A stretch of DNA of 64,000 nucleotides from an uncultured bacterium (GCA_963695435.1 OY968788.1:280004-344003); one strand, 5' to 3'. Counted from the stretch's first letter, positions 24,727 to 34,048 are shown. Made by a program: numbers and translations. Notes: generated by a model not told the origin, from the sequence alone.

Positions 24727-24932
24727 AAAAGTAAATGAAAAATCTGGGCGCATAGGCAGCAGAATCTTGGTCACAATAAGATTTGCGAACAGGATTCTCC
24801 CTGCTTATTCCGATCGGTATCCCACCCTTTGAATTTACTTTTAAGGGTCTTGGTAAAAAGCCTCACGGCTGATACCGAAAACTGTGGGGAGAACTACGGC
24901 AAAGGGAAGGGTCACTTCTTCCTTTTGCTTAT
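24727..24932 (+). ncRNA. Candidate structured small RNA (6S-like or novel)
   Basis: Promoter upstream, long G-U-containing stems, terminal hairpin 24899-24928, only a 6-codon ORF after the SD-like sequence. Confidence 0.55.
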
Positions 24933-24938
24933 ATAAAC

Positions 24939-25448
24939 CTACAGGTCTTCAAGCAACAAATCAACAACTTCGTTGAAAGCGGGTTTCAGCTCGGTCATTT
25001 GGGTTTTTGTGAAAGGTTCCAGAACATAATCGGTGACAGAATCGGAAGTAGGTCGGCCGATGCCGATTCTTATTCTGGCGATTGAATCAGTTTTCAAATT
25101 CTCAATAACGGATTGCATGCCGTTGTGTCCCCCACTACTGCCGGATTTACGGGAACGAATTGCGCCAAGCGGAAGATCCAAGTCGTCATATACCACTACA
25201 ATGTTTTCGGTTGGGACACCGAAATACTTGGCTACCTGCGCCACAGCTCTACCTGAATTATTCATAAAACTAGTCGGTTTGGCAATGATTATTCCTTGTC
25301 CTTCCGCCAGCTCTGTTTCAGTACGAGTATGTTTTTTAAATTTCAGCTTTAGTTTTTTGACTAGTAAATCAGCAACCATTCGCCCGATATTGTGGCGAGT
25401 TGATTCATATTTTTTACTGGGATTACCGAGTCCGATGATTAGTTTCAT
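24939..25448 (-). CDS. pth: Peptidyl-tRNA hydrolase
   Basis: IGLGNP..TRHNIG, FMNNSG, YDDLDL, GGHNG, RIRIGIG. Confidence 0.97.
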   Translation of the reverse strand: MKLIIGLGNPSKKYESTRHNIGRMVADLLVKKLKLKFKKHTRTETELAEGQGIIIAKPTSFMNNSGRAVAQVAKYFGVPTENIVVVYDDLDLPLGAIRSRKSGSSGGHNGMQSVIENLKTDSIARIRIGIGRPTSDSVTDYVLEPFTKTQMTELKPAFNEVVDLLLEDL

Positions 25449-25450
25449 TT

Positions 25451-25675
25451 TTAGGATTCTTCTTCGCGGAGATTCTCATTTCTTAGTTCTTCTTCTATGC
25501 GCTGGGCTTCTTCAAGTTTTATTCGAGCTTCTTCGGAAATTTCAACAGTGTCTTCAATATTTTCTGTTTTTGAAAACGGCTGCCGATTGTGAAGGTCATT
25601 GGCAGTTTTCTCAATTTTCGAAACGGCTCGAACCGGTCGCCGTTCGCGACTAGTTCCAGAAATTCTTTCTATCAT
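25451..25675 (-). CDS. Small charged hypothetical protein
   Basis: 74 aa, tightly packed between neighbours. Confidence 0.65.
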   Translation of the reverse strand: MIERISGTSRERRPVRAVSKIEKTANDLHNRQPFSKTENIEDTVEISEEARIKLEEAQRIEEELRNENLREEES

Positions 25676-25677
25676 AT

Positions 25678-25923
25678 TTACGCGTAGACTTCAGTACCTT
25701 CTTTGAGTGATTGATTGACCTTTATGCCAACCACATCACCCTTCTTGGCGGAATCGACTGAAGCGTGCTCGATTTGAATCGATTCGATGGTTTCGGTCTT
25801 CTCGTCCTCACCTTTTTTGAAGGTGACTGTGTCTCCGACTTTTAGACCACCGTCCAAATCGATTATGGCAACGCCAATCTTGTCGTAGAAGTGTACGACT
25901 TTACCGATTTTTTTACCTGCCAT
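25678..25923 (-). CDS. Translation-elongation-factor-like beta-barrel protein
   Basis: IGKVVHFYDKIGVA..LKVGD..SIQIEH..AKKGD; SD AGGAGG. Confidence 0.85.
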   Translation of the reverse strand: MAGKKIGKVVHFYDKIGVAIIDLDGGLKVGDTVTFKKGEDEKTETIESIQIEHASVDSAKKGDVVGIKVNQSLKEGTEVYA

Positions 25924-26044
25924 TTTGCCCTCCTAAATGGTTAGGATATGACGGATATATTATACACCAAGGGGAGAATTCCCCTTCAACCCCATTTTTA
26001 TGTTTGTTTTTTGTTTTCGAACGCAAGCTGGCGTTCAATCCAGC

Positions 26045-26240
26045 GGTACTTTCTTCTTGGAGAAAGTACCCAAAGCCGTGGCCTGTGTTCGCTCGGTCTG
26101 TTTATTGGATAAATCACCTTACCGCTTAAAGGGCAAACTCGTCGCTTGCCAGCTCCTCAAACATGCCCCCGCGACGGTAATTTATCTCAATTCAATACGA
26201 CCTCGCTCCAATGGCCGGAGGGGAAAGCGACAATGGCGGA
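26045..26240. repeat. MITE-like structured element
   Basis: Perfect IR GGTACTTTCT/AGAAAGTACC; nested stems 26108-26186; 17-bp segment repeated at 26829-26845. Confidence 0.5.
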
Positions 26241-26364
26241 TGGAAGAAGCTGACGTAATTTGCTCGATGGGATTAAAGACAAAAGGGAATAAAAAAGCCC
26301 CCATGACCCTGGGGGTTGAGCCTATTTGCCCCGGCTCGGTTCCAGCTGATGCTGGTAAGGGGTG

Positions 26365-26733
26365 CTACGAAAGTAGCGGGTCATAGTCCTGTTTCTGGGG
26401 ATCATACCGGCAAAGGACACCAGTTACGAAACCTTGATAGGTATCGTAGGTACATCGGCCATACCAGAGACCGTTAGCACCGCGGTGCAAGTCGAAATGA
26501 ATACTACGGCAGTTTTCGTCTTTGTCAAAAACTAAGCTTTCACCGCTAATGTAATGACCTTCGATCGTGCCGCCAGATGGTCCACCTTCCCAGGTTCCAC
26601 GTAAGAATGTACCAGAATCGTAAAGCTTATGAACTTCGAAGACACACTGGAAGGGCGTTAACGGACTGGGATCCCAGCCAACATAACTGCTGTGTATTCC
26701 AAAGAACAGAAAAGTTTCCGTATAGAGATCCAA
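26365..26733 (-). CDS. Hypothetical beta-rich protein (orphan)
   Basis: SD AAGGAGGTG before TTG 26733; TTGACA-18 nt-CATAAT promoter; terminator near 26297-26317. Confidence 0.7.
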   Translation of the reverse strand: MDLYTETFLFFGIHSSYVGWDPSPLTPFQCVFEVHKLYDSGTFLRGTWEGGPSGGTIEGHYISGESLVFDKDENCRSIHFDLHRGANGLWYGRCTYDTYQGFVTGVLCRYDPQKQDYDPLLS

Positions 26734-27002
26734 TTTCCACCTCCTTTGCATAGTGCTTGGGGTTCTCTAGAATTTTCAAGGTGGGTACATTATGTTCTGG
26801 GCAGGGCTGGAATGTCAAATTGATTACAGACCTCGCTCCAATGGCGGATTGAGAGAGAAAAGGTTGATTGGGATAAGGGTTTTGGGGTATGGTGAGGCGT
26901 TAGGTGGATCCTGTAATTTTTAGGAAATACCCCACCAGCACCTTGAGACTTAAGAGATCTAATTTCTAAAGCCCGCGAGGTGTGACATAAAGGAGAGACT
27001 GG

Positions 27003-27698
27003 ATGAAAACTCTAGCCGCTCTGAAGGCCCTGATGGCTTACTGTACCAACATGGTGTCTTTGAATGCCGACCAGGAAGGTGGCTTCGCCAAGGCAGGAGA
27101 GATATGCAAACAACTCCTCTCTTTAGGCGAAGACGGCTTGGGACGATTACTTCAGCTGATGAACTATGTTAAAGAGCTGACGAAGAGGGAAGATCTTCCT
27201 CCCGAAAATGAGTTCAGGAGGTTCCTGGACAACAACTCCACCACAGGTGAGACTATTGATTGCGATGCCGATCCGTTTATCCCGAATGACTGGAATGACT
27301 GGAAGGCGGGGAAGCATATCAAGGGCGGAATGCTTAAATCGGATTCGCCAATGATCTTTCTGTATATTTCCCCACACCAGAAGGCTAGTGGACACAGCCA
27401 TGGCTATACTCTTCTCAAAGGGTTTATGGATGAGCCTGCTTTCCTAACCCTGAATGCCAATGTGTTGGACCATTGGTTTAAGCACCCAGGGCAGATACCG
27501 AAGGGCATATATAAAGCTCTCCAGTTGGGTAATAAGATAGTTTTTTGGGGAACGATCTATGTTATGGGCGATGGATCATCTGTTGTCCGCTACCTCTATC
27601 TAAGTAGAGTTACCGGTTACCTGGCTTGCAATCACATATATGTCAACTCTTATGTGGTGTCAGATTTCCTGGCTGCTGCCAAGCCAGTAGAGCCATGA
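27003..27698 (+). CDS. Hypothetical protein resembling CPR DGR target proteins (CLec-like C-terminus)
   Basis: IDCDADPFIP..W..H.KGG, LNANVLD..HP..IP, FWGTIY..VRYLY; SD AAGGAG; family recalled, not searched. Confidence 0.7.
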   Translation: MKTLAALKALMAYCTNMVSLNADQEGGFAKAGEICKQLLSLGEDGLGRLLQLMNYVKELTKREDLPPENEFRRFLDNNSTTGETIDCDADPFIPNDWNDWKAGKHIKGGMLKSDSPMIFLYISPHQKASGHSHGYTLLKGFMDEPAFLTLNANVLDHWFKHPGQIPKGIYKALQLGNKIVFWGTIYVMGDGSSVVRYLYLSRVTGYLACNHIYVNSYVVSDFLAAAKPVEP

Positions 27699-27720
27699 TA
27701 TCGTGATCTTTGAGTTAATT

Positions 27721-27748
27721 GGGCGGGCACTTCGGTGCTCGCCCTTTT
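27721..27748 (+). terminator. Intrinsic terminator
   Basis: GGGCGGGCAC-TTCG-GTGCTCGCCC followed by TTTT. Confidence 0.85.
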
Positions 27749-27781
27749 CGTTTTGTATTGTTACTCTCTATTTTCTAATCT

Positions 27782-29125
27782 CTACGCTTTGCCTTTTCTG
27801 GCCCGGTGGGATTTGGGGCGGGGGCGGAATTGGATAGGAACGCCCGCGAGAGGCCAGATTTCGCGAAGTTTGTTTTCGAGATAACGAAGATAGGTATAGT
27901 GCAGACCTTCAGGGCGGTCGGCTACAAGTTCGATTACTGGAGGATTAGTTGAGATTTGACGGGCAGAATGAATAACGGGAGTGGTGTATTTTCCAAATGG
28001 ACGACGAGCTGTTGCCGCTTGGAGAACAAGTGAATTTATTTTTTGATCAGAAAGACGAGAGGAACGAAGAACGGCAGTATCAATTATTAATTGTTTTACT
28101 TTATCTACTCTCTGACCTGTGAGGGCAGAGATGTAAATTCTTGGCATCCACGAAGCGAAGCGATATTTGCTTTCGAGATATTTGTCGTATTCTGCCGTCA
28201 CTTTTCCTGTTTTTTCAATCAAATCCCATTTGTTGATAACTAAAATCGGACTTTTGCCGAGTTCTAAAATAATTTCCATAATATGCTGGTCTTGGGCGAT
28301 AACACCCTCGTCAGCTTCCATTAGAAGTAAGCAAATGTCAGAAGACTGCACGGCGCGAAGCATTCTCAATGCGGCAAATTTTTCGATGCCAACTTCTACT
28401 TTTCCTCTTCTGCGAAGTCCTGCGGTATCGATAAACTCGACAATATATTTTTCGAAAGTAGTATTCTCGTTGATAGTGTCGCGGGTAGTTCCCGCTTCTT
28501 TACTTACTACGCTTCGTTCTTTGCCAATAAGTTTATTAAATAAAGTTGATTTGCCAACATTGGGACGGCCGAGAATAGCGACTTTGACAATTGGATACTT
28601 ACTTTTTGGTGGTCGTGCAGGCTTCTTTATTTTATTTAGTTGTTCAACTACTTCATCTAAAACTTCGCCCACACCTTTTCCTGTGGTACCTGCTGTTTCG
28701 AAAGTTTGTTTGAAACCGAGACGATAAAAATCCGCCAGAACATCTGCATCAACTTTTTTGTCAGTTTTGTTGATGAGCAGAATAATCGGCTTGTTTTGTT
28801 TGCGCGCTAAACGGGCAACTTCTCTGTCGTCTGGATGTATCCCCTCTTTTGCGCTTACTAAAAATAAAATCAAATCGGCAGAACTAAGTGCGACTTTAGT
28901 TTGGAGCATTACATTGCGAGTGAGCTCGGATTTGTTGTCTGGCTCGATACCGGCGGTGTCGGCAACCATAAAGGTAGTTTTATTCCAACCGACATCCCCA
29001 AAAAGCACATCCCGAGTAGTTCCCGGCTCTTCAGCCAAAATCGCCTGTTTTTCGCCGATTAAGCGATTGAACAGGGTTGATTTGCCGACATTTGGGCGGC
29101 CGATGATAGCGACTAAGTGACTCAT
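27782..29125 (-). CDS. der: Ribosome biogenesis GTPase Der/EngA
   Basis: Two GRPNVGKS / GTTRD / DTAG / NKxD GTPase domains. Confidence 0.97.
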   Translation of the reverse strand: MSHLVAIIGRPNVGKSTLFNRLIGEKQAILAEEPGTTRDVLFGDVGWNKTTFMVADTAGIEPDNKSELTRNVMLQTKVALSSADLILFLVSAKEGIHPDDREVARLARKQNKPIILLINKTDKKVDADVLADFYRLGFKQTFETAGTTGKGVGEVLDEVVEQLNKIKKPARPPKSKYPIVKVAILGRPNVGKSTLFNKLIGKERSVVSKEAGTTRDTINENTTFEKYIVEFIDTAGLRRRGKVEVGIEKFAALRMLRAVQSSDICLLLMEADEGVIAQDQHIMEIILELGKSPILVINKWDLIEKTGKVTAEYDKYLESKYRFASWMPRIYISALTGQRVDKVKQLIIDTAVLRSSRLSDQKINSLVLQAATARRPFGKYTTPVIHSARQISTNPPVIELVADRPEGLHYTYLRYLENKLREIWPLAGVPIQFRPRPKSHRARKGKA

Positions 29126-29134
29126 ATCTATATC

Positions 29135-30064
29135 TTATAACGGTTCTATCCAAGAGTATGCCTTGAGCGCCCAGTCTAACGCCTTTTTGCCCTCTTGGAA
29201 ACGGTTGGGACTATCAAGTAGTACTACGATGACCTTTTGCCCGCTATCACCTCTTACTGCGGCTACCAGCGACTCACCTGCCTCATCAGTTGTCCCTGTC
29301 TTCACGCCGATGACATTCTCAAACTGCCCTAGGAGTTTATTGGTGGTATTGAGTTGATGGACAAATTTTCCACTTACATCCCTCACGGTGGTTTTGGAAG
29401 TTTTGACAATATCGGCGAAAGTTTGGTTTTCCATAGCAACACGGGAGAGTTCCGCTAAATCTTTGGCTGTGGAATAGTGTTGAGGGTTGTCGAAACCAAC
29501 TGAATTGGTGAAATGAGTTTGGGTTAGCCCGAGTTCTGATGCTTTCTGATTCATTAGAGCAACAAATTGGTCAGGAGTGTCTGCGGTGGCGTATGCCAGT
29601 GCAGTTGCAGCATCATTTGCTGATTCAATTAGCGCACCCTTCAATAAATTATGAATAGTAATGCGTTCGTTGGAGTATAACGACATTTTGGAGCCTGTGA
29701 CTTCGACTGCTTCAACTGGAACAGTCGCGATAGTATTCAATTGACTCCCAAATTTATCTAGTGCTACTAAAGCGGTCATGATTTTTGTAAGCGAAGCGAT
29801 TGGAAGAGATGTATTGGGATTGTTGCTGTATAACACTCGATTACTTTGAGTATCAATAATAATTGATGCTTTGGAATTGAGCTCAATATCTTTGAAACTT
29901 AGATTTCTGATTGGCCCGATAAGGGAATTTAGATTTTGGGCGAAATCGGTGGCGGAGTAACTGGTAGAGAAAATATTAAATACGCTCAACAATTGCTGTT
30001 GGGCGCCATCCAGTGCGCCAGTGAAAAAGCGCAATACGACTAGGAGTAAAGCGAGATTAGTCAT
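29135..30064 (-). CDS. D-alanyl-D-alanine carboxypeptidase (peptidase S11)
   Basis: SLTK, SAN and KTG motifs; N-terminal signal/anchor. Confidence 0.93.
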   Translation of the reverse strand: MTNLALLLVVLRFFTGALDGAQQQLLSVFNIFSTSYSATDFAQNLNSLIGPIRNLSFKDIELNSKASIIIDTQSNRVLYSNNPNTSLPIASLTKIMTALVALDKFGSQLNTIATVPVEAVEVTGSKMSLYSNERITIHNLLKGALIESANDAATALAYATADTPDQFVALMNQKASELGLTQTHFTNSVGFDNPQHYSTAKDLAELSRVAMENQTFADIVKTSKTTVRDVSGKFVHQLNTTNKLLGQFENVIGVKTGTTDEAGESLVAAVRGDSGQKVIVVLLDSPNRFQEGKKALDWALKAYSWIEPL

Positions 30065-30068
30065 GATG

Positions 30069-30140
30069 GAGTAATGAGTTATGAGTTACGAGTAATGAGT
30101 GAAAGACAGTTTGCAGTAAGTAGTTTGTAGTGAGTAGAAA
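30069..30140 (+). repeat. Degenerate heptamer tandem tracts
   Basis: GAGTAAT GAGTTAT GAGTTAC GAGTAAT GAGTGAA, then ACAGTTT GCAGTAA GTAGTTT GTAGTGA GTAGAAA. Confidence 0.75.
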
Positions 30141-30185
30141 ATGTCGCCGCAGACGACCACCGATATTTGCTGATTTGCAGATTTT

Positions 30186-31580
30186 TTATTTACTTTTGGC
30201 TTTCTTTATAGATAAGCCGAGTTCGTCTAATGTGGCGGAATCAATTTCACGGGGCGAACCCATCATTGGGTCACGGCCTTTGTCGGTCTTTGGGAAAGCG
30301 ATTACTTCACGAATGTTGGGCTCGTTTTGCAGTAACATCACAAATCTATCAATACCGGGGGCGATTCCACCATGAGGAGGAGCGCCATAACGGAAAGCTT
30401 CTAGCATATGACCAAATTTTTCATTTGCCTCTTCTTTGGATAAACCGATAATTTCAAAAATCTTTTGCTGAAGTTCAGGTTGGTGAATACGAATAGACCC
30501 GCTGGCAATTTCATAACCGTTCAAAACCATATCGTAAGCTGTGCTGATAACATCTTCTGGATTGCTCCCAAGCATTTCGATTTGATCTTCTTTGGGAGCG
30601 GTAAAAGGATGATGTTCGGAAGTGAGCCCATTTCCTGCTTTTGCAAACAACGGGAAATCTACTACAAAACAAAATGCCAACTCATCGGGATCTTGAGGAT
30701 TTTGACGCAGGTCGGGTTTGTCTGAGCCGTATTTTTCAAGAGCTTCTCTGTGAGTCATTCGGGGCCACGGAGTTTGCAGAATTTTTTTATTCGGATAAAG
30801 AGTTTGGATAAGTTCTGTAAAAAGCTGTTCGGTGAGGCCTAAAATTTCTTTTTCTGATGCGAAAGACATCTCCAAATCAAGCTGGGTGAATTCTGGTTGA
30901 CGATCGCCTCTTGAATCTTCATCCCGCATACATTTAGCTATTTGGTAGTAGCGTTCAAATCCTGCCACCATTAGCAACTGTTTGTATTGCTGGGGACTTT
31001 GGGGAAGAGCGTAAAAACTTCCCTGATACTTTCTGCTTGGAACTAAATAGTCGCGAGCACCTTCTGGAGTAGCGGCAGTAATAATCGGGGTTTCTATTTC
31101 AACAAATTTGCGTTCATTTAAGAATTCGCGGATAAAACGAATTATTTGGTGACGCATTAATAAATTGTGGTGGATTTTTTCGTGGCGCAAATCTAGATAG
31201 CGGTATTTCAAGCGGATTTCTTCATCTACAGCTGATTCACGGTCAATTTCAAATGGCGGAGTAAGCGACTCGTTAATAATTTCTAAATTAGTTGCTTTTA
31301 TTTCGACAGTACCGGTGACAATCTTGGGGTTGATGTTTCGCTCCCCCCGCTTCACAACTTCACCTGTAACTTTTATTACCGATTCAGGTTTGAGACCGTT
31401 GGCTTGTTCTTGGAGCTTAGGATTGTCACCAAAAACGACTTGGACTAATCCAAATCCGTCTCGCAGGTCGATAAAAATAATTTGTCCCATATTCCGCTTA
31501 CTGTGTACCCATCCAAAGAGGGTGACGGTTTGCCCCACAAGGGTCGGGGTGTCAGCGGTGAGAGTGCGGTTTTGTGACAT
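30186..31580 (-). CDS. aspS: Aspartyl-tRNA synthetase (short form lacking GAD domain)
   Basis: RLKYRYLDLR, TPEGARDY, LPQSPQQYKQ, DRQPEFTQLD, GAPPHGG. Confidence 0.97.
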   Translation of the reverse strand: MSQNRTLTADTPTLVGQTVTLFGWVHSKRNMGQIIFIDLRDGFGLVQVVFGDNPKLQEQANGLKPESVIKVTGEVVKRGERNINPKIVTGTVEIKATNLEIINESLTPPFEIDRESAVDEEIRLKYRYLDLRHEKIHHNLLMRHQIIRFIREFLNERKFVEIETPIITAATPEGARDYLVPSRKYQGSFYALPQSPQQYKQLLMVAGFERYYQIAKCMRDEDSRGDRQPEFTQLDLEMSFASEKEILGLTEQLFTELIQTLYPNKKILQTPWPRMTHREALEKYGSDKPDLRQNPQDPDELAFCFVVDFPLFAKAGNGLTSEHHPFTAPKEDQIEMLGSNPEDVISTAYDMVLNGYEIASGSIRIHQPELQQKIFEIIGLSKEEANEKFGHMLEAFRYGAPPHGGIAPGIDRFVMLLQNEPNIREVIAFPKTDKGRDPMMGSPREIDSATLDELGLSIKKAKSK

Positions 31581-31708
31581 AGATAGACTAATAGACGATA
31601 GACAATGGACTTATAGACGGCAAAAAAGCCTGCGGAAATCTCCCCCAGCATAGCAGAAATCAGGGGGTAGAGAATAGAGAGTAGAGATTAGAGAATAGGG
31701 TTATCCTC

Positions 31709-31782
31709 TGTCATTCTGAGTGAAACGAAGAATCTAGACCGAAGGTCGCTACGCTAGATCCTTCACTGCGTTCAGGATGACA
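31709..31782 (+). repeat. REP-like palindromic element copy 2
   Basis: 74 bp; one mismatch from copy at 35661. Confidence 0.92.
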
Positions 31783-31788
31783 AAAAGG

Positions 31789-32109
31789 CTACTGGCCGAG
31801 CGGTTTGCCGATAATCAGGGCTACCAGAGAGTTGAAGAGGTTTTGGAGTACTAATAGAAGCCCTGGGAACAAAACAACCGCCAGAATAAGCCACAGCCAG
31901 TTTCTTTTGATTAGCTTAAACAGGAAAGAAGCGACTGCCAGAATCAATATCAAGGAAATTATCCATTGATACTGTTCGGGGAAAATACCGACAAATCCGT
32001 GATAAGCGTCAAACAGCCGTTCAAATATTCCTTTGCCAGCAGCGGCTGCTGCCTCTTTTGCTTGATTGGCGACTATGCCGGTGACGGAGTTTACAATTTG
32101 GTTGTCCAT
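31789..32109 (-). CDS. Small membrane protein
   Basis: Two hydrophobic helices; follows nfo. Confidence 0.75.
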   Translation of the reverse strand: MDNQIVNSVTGIVANQAKEAAAAAGKGIFERLFDAYHGFVGIFPEQYQWIISLILILAVASFLFKLIKRNWLWLILAVVLFPGLLLVLQNLFNSLVALIIGKPLGQ

Positions 32110-32124
32110 TGTAAATTTATTGTA

Positions 32125-32973
32125 CTATTTTTTGGCGAGTTTTTTGAGAGCGAGGATATCTTTCAAATCTTCCTTGAGGTTGCCTGTGCGGGGAGTTTCA
32201 AGAATAAAGGCAACATCTTTTAGTTTTGGTGAAGTAATCCAGTATTTGAAAGCATTTAGACCAATAAATCCTTCGCCAATGTTGGCGTGGCGGTCTTTGC
32301 GGGAGCCAAGTTCAAATTTGGCGTCGTTTAGGTGAATAAATTGCAGATATTTTAGTCCGATTAGTTTATCGAACTTTGCTAGCAGGTCATCAACATCTTT
32401 TTTTGTGCGGACATCAATTCCTGAAGCAAATAGATGGCAGGTGTCTAAAGTGAAGCCGAAACGCTTTTTATTTTTTATTTCTTCCCAAATAAGTCCCAAT
32501 TCTTCGATTGTGTCGCCGATTCGGTTCCCTGCACCTGCGTCGTTTTCAATAATCAGCGGAATAGCATATTTCTCATCACTTAGTTCGGCTAACCGATTTA
32601 GGGTTTGAGTGGCTAGTCTTATTCCTTCTATAGTGCTGTCTTGGTTGCTTCCGCAATGAAAGTTGTAACCAGTAGCTCCGATGGCACAGGCGAGCCGAAT
32701 CTCTTCTTTCATTTTTTTGAGGCTTACTCGACGCAGAGTATCTTTGTGGCTGGCGGGATTGGGCAGATATGCGGAATGAACCAAAACCTTTTTAACTTTG
32801 GATTTCTTCCATGCTTGTTTGAATTTTTCCGCTTCTTTGGTGGTAACAACTGGAGTAGCCCAACTTTGAGGACTTCCTGCAAAAATCTGAATAGCGGTAC
32901 ATTCTAGCGCCTCGGCTTCTTGAAAGGCTTTGTATAGTCCCCCGCTGGTTGATACATGATATCCGAGTAGCAT
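32125..32973 (-). CDS. nfo: Endonuclease IV
   Basis: GYHVS, HSAYLPN, ENDAG, DTCHLF, HLND, DRHANIG, ILETP. Confidence 0.95.
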   Translation of the reverse strand: MLLGYHVSTSGGLYKAFQEAEALECTAIQIFAGSPQSWATPVVTTKEAEKFKQAWKKSKVKKVLVHSAYLPNPASHKDTLRRVSLKKMKEEIRLACAIGATGYNFHCGSNQDSTIEGIRLATQTLNRLAELSDEKYAIPLIIENDAGAGNRIGDTIEELGLIWEEIKNKKRFGFTLDTCHLFASGIDVRTKKDVDDLLAKFDKLIGLKYLQFIHLNDAKFELGSRKDRHANIGEGFIGLNAFKYWITSPKLKDVAFILETPRTGNLKEDLKDILALKKLAKK

Positions 32974-32986
32974 TAGTTGTTGAGGC

Positions 32987-33244
32987 TTAGTGTCCTATTC
33001 CGCGCCACTGTCCCTGTTGTATTAACATTTTTGAATCTGTTGTGCCGTACCACCTTCCATCAGACCCAATAAAAATAATAGCGTCTTCAGGATTAATTCC
33101 TTTTGGATATAGAGGTCTGCCATCATGAAATGTAACCTCCCATATTTCGGAGGGTGGTTCAGTATCTATTTCTTGAGTTGTTGCTAATGATTCCGGTGCC
33201 CCCCCGTCAGATTCATCACGCAGTAAAAATGGAATTTCAAACAT
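32987..33244 (-). CDS. Small acidic hypothetical protein
   Basis: 85-aa ORF upstream of nfo. Confidence 0.55.
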   Translation of the reverse strand: MFEIPFLLRDESDGGAPESLATTQEIDTEPPSEIWEVTFHDGRPLYPKGINPEDAIIFIGSDGRWYGTTDSKMLIQQGQWRGIGH

Positions 33245-33312
33245 TATAGCTGGACTTTAGTATGCTTCTAGTGTATCAAATAGAGCAGTAATCGCTTGTA
33301 TAATAAACAAGA

Positions 33313-33387
33313 GGCGCCATCGTCTAACGGTTAGGACGCAAGATTCTCATTCTTGTAACCGGGGTTCGATTCCCCGTGGCGCTACCA
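33313..33387 (+). tRNA. tRNA-Glu(CTC)
   Basis: Cloverleaf GGCGCCA..; anticodon arm CAAGA-TTCTCAT-TCTTG; T-arm CGGGG-TTCGATT-CCCCG; encoded CCA. Confidence 0.96.
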
Positions 33388-33515
33388 CGTCGAAATAAAC
33401 TCGACTTTACGCTAACACCCTCGACAGGCTCGGGGTTGCTTTTAGGTCTCGTTATTTCTCCTTTCAAAATCACAAACACTTCGTTGGTTTGCGATTTTGG
33501 TTGAAAAGAAGCACG

Positions 33516-33615
33516 GGGGTTCGTGCGTGAGACCGCTCTATAAATTTGTTGGGTTTACCCTAATGCGGCGAACGGCGGGGCCCCATAGCAATGGGGAAAC
33601 AATTCCCCGTGGCGC
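33516..33615 (+). other. Duplicated tRNA-Glu 3' segment split by a 78-nt insertion (att-like)
   Basis: GGGGTTCG (33516-33523) plus ATTCCCCGTGGCGC (33602-33615) equals tRNA 33361-33382. Confidence 0.65.
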
Positions 33616-33642
33616 CTATTTGCGATTTAGATTTGTATTACA

Positions 33643-33672
33643 AAAACATCCGCCCTTTTGAGCGGATGTTTT
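33643..33672. terminator. Bidirectional intrinsic terminator
   Basis: AAAACATCCGC..GCGGATGTTTT. Confidence 0.8.
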
Positions 33673-33694
33673 GTTATTAAATCGAGTAAAGGGA

Positions 33695-33892
33695 TTATCC
33701 TTTGTAAAGAATTGGCAAACCAGTGCGAGCACTCTCTTTAATCTTGTAACCTGCTGGAACGGCATCAATGGCGTCCGCTTTGGCTTCTTTGCCAAAGTAG
33801 TAAATCCACTGTTTGCGTCCACCCTTCAATGTGACGTTCTTAGAGTGCAAGAAATATGTTGAACCCTTCTTGTTCTTGTAGCTGAATGCCAT
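33695..33892 (-). CDS. Small basic conserved hypothetical protein
   Basis: SD AAGGAG; Y.NKKG.TYFLH..V.LKGG..IYYF..TGLP. Confidence 0.85.
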   Translation of the reverse strand: MAFSYKNKKGSTYFLHSKNVTLKGGRKQWIYYFGKEAKADAIDAVPAGYKIKESARTGLPILYKG

Positions 33893-34027
33893 AGAACTCC
33901 TTTTAGTTAGCGTTTATAACTACAGAGGTATTGTACAGATATGCTTATCTGGTGTCTAGGAGAAAATCAGATTACAACAGATATGGGGCAAAAAGTAGGC
34001 TTTAGGAGCGAAAAATTTTTAGGATAA

Positions 34028-34048
34028 GGGGCGGCTGGAAGCCGCCCC
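34028..34048 (-). terminator. Terminator-like hairpin
   Basis: GGGGCGGCT-GGA-AGCCGCCCC. Confidence 0.7.

Noticed and set aside
26000-26386. 128-aa + strand ORF
   Set aside because: Runs through the palindromic element and a terminator; no SD or protein-like features
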